This document shows positions 57,587-64,000 of a stretch of DNA of 64,000 nt, piece after piece. Every line of letters begins with the position of its first letter. Within the stretch, counting starts at the first letter, position 1. The translations under genes and the position numbers were made by a program. The notes under the pieces are model-generated. The model did no database searches and was not told the origin of the DNA. It saw only the letters and a list, made by a program, of their open reading frames with translations. This DNA is from Acidobacteriota bacterium (lineage in GTDB: Bacteria; Acidobacteriota; Terriglobia; Terriglobales; Acidobacteriaceae), in the NCBI GenBank assembly GCA_013285705.1, contig JABDHA010000005.1, positions 25,325 to 89,324 on the forward strand, given 5' to 3'.

Positions 57587-58642
57587 CTACTGCACCTTCC
57601 CATGCGGACGCAGACGCCGCAGTTCCTGCGCGCATGCCAATGCATTCAACGCAGTCAACTTGAGATTGTCTACCGCAGCCCATACCCAGAAGCGCCGTGT
57701 CGCGAGCTCACTGCCGTCTGCTGTGCGCACGCGCACCAGAATGTCATCCTGCCCCGCGGAGCTGAGATTGCTCGGCGGATCGGAATCGCCCAGCACCACA
57801 TCAACATGCTCACCGTTCAAAGCCGCTTCCAGATGCTCCATGCTCACTTGCTCGTCGAGTTCGAGCGCCAGCGAAATTCCGTAGCCGTGAAAGACCGGCG
57901 CATGCAGCAGCTGAATCGCAACCTCCGGCAAACGTCCGGCGGAGAGCTCTGCGTAGTGACGGCGAATGCGCGCCTCGCTTGCGCCCAGATGCACCTTGGC
58001 CGACTCACCCAGCGAAGGCAGCAGATTAAAGGCGATCTGCGCGTCGTACATCTCTTTTGGCAATGACTGGAAACTTAACAGGCTCACCGTCTGCTGATGC
58101 AGCTCGTCCATCGAAGCGCGCCCATATTCTGAGGCCGGTTCGAGCACCGTCGCCGAAGCGGAGCGCACGCCAGCCACTTCCTGCGCTCGCAGCAGCAGCA
58201 GCGCTAGCGCTAACGCAGCCGGATGCGCAGGCACCACCGCGGGCGTCTGCAGATCAGGAACAGCCTGCGGCGAGTTGTTTACTTCTTCGCGTGTCTCATC
58301 CTGCGCCCAGGGAGCGCGCACCAGCACCTTCGGCTCGCTTTCAAGCGCATAGCTCAGGTCGACGATGCTAGCTCCGGCCTTCTGCGCCGTATGCCAATGC
58401 TTGCGCGTCACCTCTTCACTGCCCGCAAAGAAGACAAAATCGACGCCGACAAAAGAACTCGGCTCGATCCGCTGAATGAACGTCACTTCGTCACCAACGG
58501 ATTCGAGCTGGCCCAGTGCAATGTCGTCGTCCATCAACAAAAAATCAGCGGAGCCGAAGGTCGATTCGCTCAGAGCGTCGTTCAGTTCCTTGCCGCGCAG
58601 AGAGGCGGCGCCTACGATTGCGATCTTGTATGTATCTGGCAT
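57587..58642 (-). CDS. Asd/ArgC-family homologue (Usg-like) lacking the catalytic Cys
   Basis: IAIVGAASLRG, VDLS, QIAFNLLP, APVFHGYG and VDNL. Start overlaps the pssA stop (TGATG). Confidence 0.85.
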   Translation of the reverse strand: MPDTYKIAIVGAASLRGKELNDALSESTFGSADFLLMDDDIALGQLESVGDEVTFIQRIEPSSFVGVDFVFFAGSEEVTRKHWHTAQKAGASIVDLSYALESEPKVLVRAPWAQDETREEVNNSPQAVPDLQTPAVVPAHPAALALALLLLRAQEVAGVRSASATVLEPASEYGRASMDELHQQTVSLLSFQSLPKEMYDAQIAFNLLPSLGESAKVHLGASEARIRRHYAELSAGRLPEVAIQLLHAPVFHGYGISLALELDEQVSMEHLEAALNGEHVDVVLGDSDPPSNLSSAGQDDILVRVRTADGSELATRRFWVWAAVDNLKLTALNALACAQELRRLRPHGKVQ

Positions 58643-59487
58643 CAGATTGTCGGACCTGTTGAAGATAGGGGAAGTCTTCGGGCACGCCGCCACGAATATG
58701 CCACTCGCGCCAGAATACCGGAGAACATGTACATCAGTGCCATAAGAATCAGCACATATTGCGAAAAGAAAACCAGCGCGTAAAGCACCAGCCCGATCAG
58801 CACCATCCACTGGAACGGATGACGATAGGTGAGATTGATCTCCTTGCCGCTCCAGAACCGCCAGGTGCTGACCATAAGGAAACCAATCAGCCCTACAAGC
58901 GCCATCCAGATGATGGAAACCCAGCTGATCGAAATAGGAATGCCGCGAAAAAAATGAATGACTGCAGCGATCACGCCTGCTGCCGCCGGAATCGGCATAC
59001 CCACAAAATATTTTCTACCAGGACGGCCCGGATTCTTTGGTACCGGATCGGTGCTGATATTGAAGCGTGCCAGACGGCTTGCGCCGCACAGCAAAAAAAT
59101 AAAACAGACAAACGCGCCCAGCTGCACCAGTTGCTGCCGATGCACTGGATTCGCCATGGCCGGCAGCATACGAAAGCCCCAGGTAAAGGCTAGGATGCTC
59201 GGTGCCACGCCGAAGGTAATCACATCGGCCAACGAATCCAATTCTTTTCCGAACTCGCTGGTCGTATTCGTCATGCGGGCAATACGGCCATCGAGCGCGT
59301 CAAATGGAATGGCAAAACCAATCGCCAGCGCCGCCCAGTCAAAATGGTGCGGCTCCTGTGCCGATCCCTGCAGGCTCTGCGTAATAGCAAAGTAGCCCGC
59401 TGCAATATTGCCTGCCGTAAACAGCGACGGCAGGATGTACATTCCACGCCGACGCCCAGTACGCTGCCTTTTGGCCTGGGCCGTCAA
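58642..59487 (-). CDS. pssA: CDP-diacylglycerol--serine O-phosphatidyltransferase
   Basis: [35 protein letters not shown] and RLARFN. Adjacent to psd. Confidence 0.92.
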   Translation of the reverse strand: MTAQAKRQRTGRRRGMYILPSLFTAGNIAAGYFAITQSLQGSAQEPHHFDWAALAIGFAIPFDALDGRIARMTNTTSEFGKELDSLADVITFGVAPSILAFTWGFRMLPAMANPVHRQQLVQLGAFVCFIFLLCGASRLARFNISTDPVPKNPGRPGRKYFVGMPIPAAAGVIAAVIHFFRGIPISISWVSIIWMALVGLIGFLMVSTWRFWSGKEINLTYRHPFQWMVLIGLVLYALVFFSQYVLILMALMYMFSGILARVAYSWRRARRLPLSSTGPTI

Positions 59488-60152
59488 ACCAGCGACTCCA
59501 CTTCCAACTCAGCCAGCATCGGCTCCCCGGCAAAGTCGGGAATATGCGCGAGCACCGTCGCTCCGCCCTGTACGTGGTCGCCTATCTTCACGCGAATCTC
59601 GGCGTAGGCGGGCATCAGCACGTCTACGCGCGAGCCGAATTTGATCATGCCAATACGCTCCCCGCGCTCCAGCCGGTCGCCCGCCTTACGCTGGAAGACG
59701 ATGCGCCGCGCCAGCAGACCAGCAATCTGCTTGAACGCGACCTCGTATCCGTCGTCGCTTTCGACCACCGCCAGGTTCTGCTCATTCTTTTCAGCCGATT
59801 CCGGATTCATTGCATTTAGATACTGCCCCTTCTGGTAGCGGACCTCGCGCAGCGTGCCGGTAATCGGCGAACGGTTCACGTGCACGTTAAAGACGTTGAG
59901 GAAGATGCTCAGGCGCACCCTCTCGCCCGTCGGCGTCATCACGTGCTCAATCGCCGTCAATTTGCCGTCTGCCGGCGAGACGATCAGGCCCTCGCCTTGC
60001 GGAATCGCGCGTCTGGGATCGCGAAAAAACCAAAGAAAAAAGACAGCAAGCAGGACAGGAATGATGCTCCAAACCCATCCCCCGGTGAACAGATGCACAA
60101 CCACCGCAACTGCAAGCAAAGCGAATCCGTAGAGATAACCGTCACGAACCAT
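59484..60152 (-). CDS. psd: Phosphatidylserine decarboxylase
   Basis: [28 protein letters not shown] and the FGSRVD self-cleavage motif. Confidence 0.95.
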   Translation of the reverse strand: MVRDGYLYGFALLAVAVVVHLFTGGWVWSIIPVLLAVFFLWFFRDPRRAIPQGEGLIVSPADGKLTAIEHVMTPTGERVRLSIFLNVFNVHVNRSPITGTLREVRYQKGQYLNAMNPESAEKNEQNLAVVESDDGYEVAFKQIAGLLARRIVFQRKAGDRLERGERIGMIKFGSRVDVLMPAYAEIRVKIGDHVQGGATVLAHIPDFAGEPMLAELEVESLV

Positions 60153-60295
60153 GAGAGACAATTCTCTCATTATAGGTTTTTCACTGCTAACTTGTTGAGA
60201 TATCGTTCACGCACCGTCGGTACCCTGTGCGGCAGAAGATGGCCAAACCTCACCCTCTGCCGCACGGCCGGCAGTTATGTACGCGGGATGAATGA

Positions 60296-60511
60296 TCAGG
60301 CCACGGGATGTAAGACGCCGTTACGCAGCGCCGCCATCTGGTCCTTGACGGATAATTTAAGCTTTTTCAATCGGACTTCTTCGATTTCTTCCTCGGCTGA
60401 CAGGTAGGGTTTTTGGAGCAGGCTTTCCAGTTTCTCCGAATAGTGTCGATGCTGCTCTTCCAGGTGACGGATGACCTCACTATTCGGTGAACCGAACGTT
60501 TCCATATCCAT
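60296..60511 (-). CDS. YdcH/DUF465 small coiled-coil protein
   Basis: EEVRLKKLKLSVKDQM. GGAGG RBS. Confidence 0.88.
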   Translation of the reverse strand: MDMETFGSPNSEVIRHLEEQHRHYSEKLESLLQKPYLSAEEEIEEVRLKKLKLSVKDQMAALRNGVLHPVA

Positions 60512-60542
60512 AGAACACACCTCCTACTTCTTTAAGACGATC

Positions 60543-60571
60543 AAACTAGCACTCAGGAGGCCCACTGGCAA
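60543..60571 (-). promoter_or_regulatory. Sigma70 promoter of the DUF465 gene
   Basis: TTGCCA-N17-TAGTTT with an extended -10 TG. Confidence 0.55.
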
Positions 60572-60579
60572 TGCGTTTT

Positions 60580-61059
60580 TCAGGCAAGTTTTCCACCGGA
60601 CAAAAGAGAAGCACCCATGAGTACCGCATCCTCGTCCGGCGAGTGATAGTAGCCCGTCCGCAAGCCCTCTCGGCATAGGCCGGCCCGCTCATAAAGCCTG
60701 ACGGCTCTTGCGTTTGAGGCGCGGACCTCGAGCTCCATACGATCAGCTCCGTTGGCTCGCGCCCAGTCCGTTACGGCAGTAACGAGCGCCGCTCCCATGC
60801 CCTGACCTCGTGCCTCACAATCCACGGCCATCGACTCCAGTTCGCACACGCCGGCAACTAGCTTCCCGACGGAAAATCCGAGGACTTCCCCATCAGCATC
60901 GGCCACAAACGCCGCCCGCACGAGGCTTCCAGAATCAGAAGATCCCAGACAGCGCTCATATTCCCGGCGATTCCAATGAGGCGCTTCCGGAGTTTTCTCT
61001 TCGAGCACGAGCACTGCATCGATATCCGCAGCCGCCATACGGCGAATCACCCAGCTCAT
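60580..61059 (-). CDS. rimI: RimI-like GNAT acetyltransferase
   Basis: RGQGMG, LEVRASN.A..LY and YYHSPDEDAVLM. Follows tsaB with an ATGA overlap. Confidence 0.88.
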   Translation of the reverse strand: MSWVIRRMAAADIDAVLVLEEKTPEAPHWNRREYERCLGSSDSGSLVRAAFVADADGEVLGFSVGKLVAGVCELESMAVDCEARGQGMGAALVTAVTDWARANGADRMELEVRASNARAVRLYERAGLCREGLRTGYYHSPDEDAVLMGASLLSGGKLA

Positions 61060-61715
61060 GCGTTCCGTGTATCCGCCAGATTTGCATTTAACTTCGGCTT
61101 GGCGAAGAGCTCCGCATCCGACCGGCGCAGGTAGTTGCCATCGAGCGAAACCAGATCGTCGAAATCCTTTGCCAGCCATCGTGGCAGTGCCACTGCAAGC
61201 GCGTCGGCCGCAGTCGGCTGGTCCACCATTTGCGCCTCAGGAAATGCAGCCGCAGCCTTCTCTTCGCAGATTGCCAATTCAGAAACCGAGGCAGCAGCTC
61301 GCATCTCTTCGACGGTCATCAGAGCTTCATGATGGCCGTCTGCATAGTCTCCGAAATAAAACTCTCCCCGGCCGGCATCGAGCGCCGCGTATGGCGTCTG
61401 CGCTTTCTGCGCCAGCACTCTCAGCCGCGATACGGCGATGACAGGAATATTCGTCGCTTCGGCCAATCCCTTTACCGCGCTTACACCCACACGCACCCCG
61501 GTAAAGCTCCCCGGGCCATTCACGATGACGATGGCTTCCATCTCTTGCAGGCTGGCATGGTACGTTTCCAGCAATTCACGCAGACGCGGCACCAGCAGCG
61601 CGTCATATGTTTTATTCGCAAGTTCGGCCGTCCCGAGAACGGCGATCTGATCGCCCTCACGTTGCGCAAGCGCGATCGTCCCGGTGCTTCCACATGTGTC
61701 GATTCCTAGCAACAT
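61056..61715 (-). CDS. tsaB: tRNA threonylcarbamoyladenosine biosynthesis protein TsaB
   Basis: LGIDT, GPGSFTGVRVG, DAGRGE and YLR. Confidence 0.95.
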   Translation of the reverse strand: MLLGIDTCGSTGTIALAQREGDQIAVLGTAELANKTYDALLVPRLRELLETYHASLQEMEAIVIVNGPGSFTGVRVGVSAVKGLAEATNIPVIAVSRLRVLAQKAQTPYAALDAGRGEFYFGDYADGHHEALMTVEEMRAAASVSELAICEEKAAAAFPEAQMVDQPTAADALAVALPRWLAKDFDDLVSLDGNYLRRSDAELFAKPKLNANLADTRNA

Positions 61716-62123
61716 TTACACATCCGCAATCGGGTCCTGGCAGATTTCGAGCAACACCCCGCCCGCGCTCGCCGGATGCACAAAGAAATACAGATGGCCG
61801 CCTGCGCCAATCTGTATCTCATCAGAGATGAGCCGCGCGCCTTTGGCCTTAAGCTCTTCGAGAGTCGCCGAGATGTCATCCACATGCAGCGCCACATGAT
61901 GCAATCCTTCACCACGCTTCGCCAGAAATTTCCCTACAGGCGAGTCGTCCATCGTCGGCTCCAGCAACTCGATCCGGCTCTCATCAACAGGGATCATCGC
62001 CACGCGCACCTTCTCGTGCTCGATAGTCTCTTCCTGCACAACGCGCAGACCAAGCGATTCGTAAAATCCCCGCGCCGCCGCAATGCTCTTTACCGCGATT
62101 CCGAGATGATCAATCTTCGTCAT
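61716..62123 (-). CDS. mce: Methylmalonyl-CoA epimerase
   Basis: IDHLGIAV, IELLEP, GEGLHHVA and FVHP..GGVLLE. Confidence 0.92.
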   Translation of the reverse strand: MTKIDHLGIAVKSIAAARGFYESLGLRVVQEETIEHEKVRVAMIPVDESRIELLEPTMDDSPVGKFLAKRGEGLHHVALHVDDISATLEELKAKGARLISDEIQIGAGGHLYFFVHPASAGGVLLEICQDPIADV

Positions 62124-62145
62124 AAAATTCTGCCCTTACTTATAT

Positions 62146-62271
62146 CTTGTCATCTTGACCATTTCACCGGTCACCCTGACCGAACACTCGCCGTCTTGTC
62201 ATCAGCGAACTTTCTCCGTCTTGTCAGCCTAATCTTTTCACTTGTCATCCTGAGCGAAGCGAAGGATCTGC
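62146..62271 (+). repeat. REP-like element preceded by four decayed tandem copies of its 5' end
   Basis: Full TGTCATCCTGAGCGAAGCGAAGGATCTGC at 62243-62271. Partial copies at 62146, 62170, 62195 and 62220. Confidence 0.75.
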
Positions 62272-62299
62272 TTTTCCCGTCCTTAACAGCGCCTGCACC

Positions 62300-63274
62300 T
62301 CAGGATTTGAACACACGCGCCACCAATTCAGGCACCAGCCTATAAGGATTTTCCTCCTTGCCGGCTACGCGCGCCGCATGCGCTTCCAGTTCCGCGTCGC
62401 TCAATCCATGCTCGCGCACCTGGCTCATCAGCGCATGCCGCATCATCTCTGTGATGCGCTCGCGCCAGTACACTTTGCGTCGCGCCTCTAGCCGCCCATC
62501 CACATCGAGCCATTGTTTCATCTGCTCGATGGTTTCCGTCAGCCTGTCGATTCCCTCGCCTGTCGAAGCAATCGTCTTAACTACGGGTGGCACCCAGCTG
62601 CCGTGACTGGTTGCAAGCGACTGCATAGCGCGCACTTCCTTCTCGACGCGGTCCGCGCCCTCGCGATCTGCCTTGTTCACAACAAACAGATCGGCGATTT
62701 CCATGATGCCCGCCTTGAGGCTCTGCACATCATCGCCCATCCCCGGCACCAGCACAACAATCGTCACATCGGAAAGCCGCACAATATCGATCTCGTCCTG
62801 CCCCACGCCAACGGTCTCTATCAAAATCACATCCTTGCCGCTGGCTTCGATCACAGACGCTACATCAGCCGTCGTGCGAGCCAGACCGCCCAATGACCCG
62901 CGCGTGGCCATGCTGCGCACATAAAATCCCGGATCGCTCAGATTCTCCTGCATGCGAATGCGGTCGCCGAGAATCGCGCCACCAGTGAAAGGACTGGTGG
63001 GGTCGACAGCAATCACGCCGACACTCACATCCTTCGCCCGATAGTGCCGCGCAAGCTTATCGACAATCGTGCTCTTACCCGCACCAGGCGAGCCTGTCAC
63101 GCCGATGCGCAGCGCCCGCCCGGTATGAGGAAAGCAAGCCGCCAAAACATCGGCGGCAAGCGGTGCGTCGTTTTCGACAAGAGAAATCGCCCGAGCCAGA
63201 GCCCGCACATCGCCGGAACGCACGCGGTCGATCAGCTGCATCACCTCCGGTGCCGCTGTCTGCTCTACTGCCAT
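62300..63274 (-). CDS. meaB: Methylmalonyl-CoA mutase-associated GTPase MeaB
   Basis: GSPGAGKST, DPTSPFTGGAILGDRIRM, ETVGVGQ and NKAD. Confidence 0.95.
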   Translation of the reverse strand: MAVEQTAAPEVMQLIDRVRSGDVRALARAISLVENDAPLAADVLAACFPHTGRALRIGVTGSPGAGKSTIVDKLARHYRAKDVSVGVIAVDPTSPFTGGAILGDRIRMQENLSDPGFYVRSMATRGSLGGLARTTADVASVIEASGKDVILIETVGVGQDEIDIVRLSDVTIVVLVPGMGDDVQSLKAGIMEIADLFVVNKADREGADRVEKEVRAMQSLATSHGSWVPPVVKTIASTGEGIDRLTETIEQMKQWLDVDGRLEARRKVYWRERITEMMRHALMSQVREHGLSDAELEAHAARVAGKEENPYRLVPELVARVFKS

Positions 63275-64000
63275 TTGTGAACAGTAACTCCGCCGCTGAT
63301 GCGGCCCTGCAGCACATCATCGAAAAACATGTAAGGATGCGCAGGCTCAAGCGCACTCACTTCGTCGAGCCTGCGACGCAGTTCCGCAGGAATCGTAAAC
63401 TCGAGCGACGCCAGGTTGTCTTCGAGCTGCGACTTGCGCGTCGCGCCGATCAGTGTGCACGTGATGCCGGGCTGCGTGGCCGCCCAGTTCAATGCCACTT
63501 GCGCCAGCGAACGACCCAGTTCGTTCGCGACCGACTCCAGCACACTGAGAATCTTCCAGTTGCGCTCCGTGAACTTATCGAAGACGGGATTATTCGCGTT
63601 TTTCAAAATCTCCAGCCGCCCTTTTCCATCCTCCGTGCTCCGGTCCCGCTTATATTTGCCCGCAAGAAAACCGCTCGCCAATGGGCTCCACGGGCAGACG
63701 CCCAGTCCCAATTCACGGGCCACCGGAATATGCTCGCGCTCAATCGTTCGCTCCACCAGCGAATACTCCAGTTGCAGGGCAATCGGCTTGGGCAGGCTAT
63801 GGCACTCGGCCAGGGTAGCGGCACGCGCCACGTACCATGCCGGAACATCAGAAAAAGCATAGTAGCGAATCTTTCCCGCGCGAACCAGGTCGCTCAATGT
63901 CTCGACCACTTCTTCAACCGGCGTAACCCTGTCCCAGGCATGCAGCCAGTAAAGATCGACGTAATTCATGCCAAGCCGCTTCAGTGAACCCTCAAGCGCG
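63265..64000 (-). CDS. Aldo/keto reductase (5' end outside the window)
   Basis: SLKRLGMNYVDLYWLH, GKIRY, PWSPLASGFLAGKY and QVALNW. Confidence 0.93.
   Translation of the reverse strand, partial: ALEGSLKRLGMNYVDLYWLHAWDRVTPVEEVVETLSDLVRAGKIRYYAFSDVPAWYVARAATLAECHSLPKPIALQLEYSLVERTIEREHIPVARELGLGVCPWSPLASGFLAGKYKRDRSTEDGKGRLEILKNANNPVFDKFTERNWKILSVLESVANELGRSLAQVALNWAATQPGITCTLIGATRKSQLEDNLASLEFTIPAELRRRLDEVSALEPAHPYMFFDDVLQGRISGGVTVHKWQ

Noticed and set aside
62146-62271. Possible mini-CRISPR array
   Set aside because: The ~24-bp period is too short for repeat plus spacer, the units are degenerate, and there are no cas genes. A REP expansion explains it better.

Overview
A 64-kb bacterial chromosome segment. 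Gene content and intergenic repeats suggest Acidobacteriota subdivision 1, but the taxon is my inference. Most of it is housekeeping and cell-envelope backbone: kdsB, tRNA-Met, PBP1A, coaD, recA, a tandem ThyX, fabG, purH, dgt, pssA/psd, tsaB/rimI and mce/meaB, interspersed with secreted hydrolases. The left ~3.85 kb looks like the end of a genomic island, closed by a degenerate 3' copy of tRNA-Lys(CTT). The most interesting items are: (1) a tight three-gene operon of two uncharacterised paralogues plus a cytoplasmic Dyp peroxidase; (2) a VapC/PIN toxin paired with an atypical antitoxin, inserted between recA and coaD; (3) apparent pseudo-enzymes beside core genes, namely a CtpA/S41 homologue lacking both catalytic residues next to PBP1A and an Asd homologue lacking its catalytic Cys coupled to pssA; (4) a small protein ending in LNPQPLPP; (5) several REP, heptamer and att-like non-coding structures. 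I saw no CRISPR array, rRNA, transposase or integrase. All calls come from motif recognition by eye, and no database search was run.
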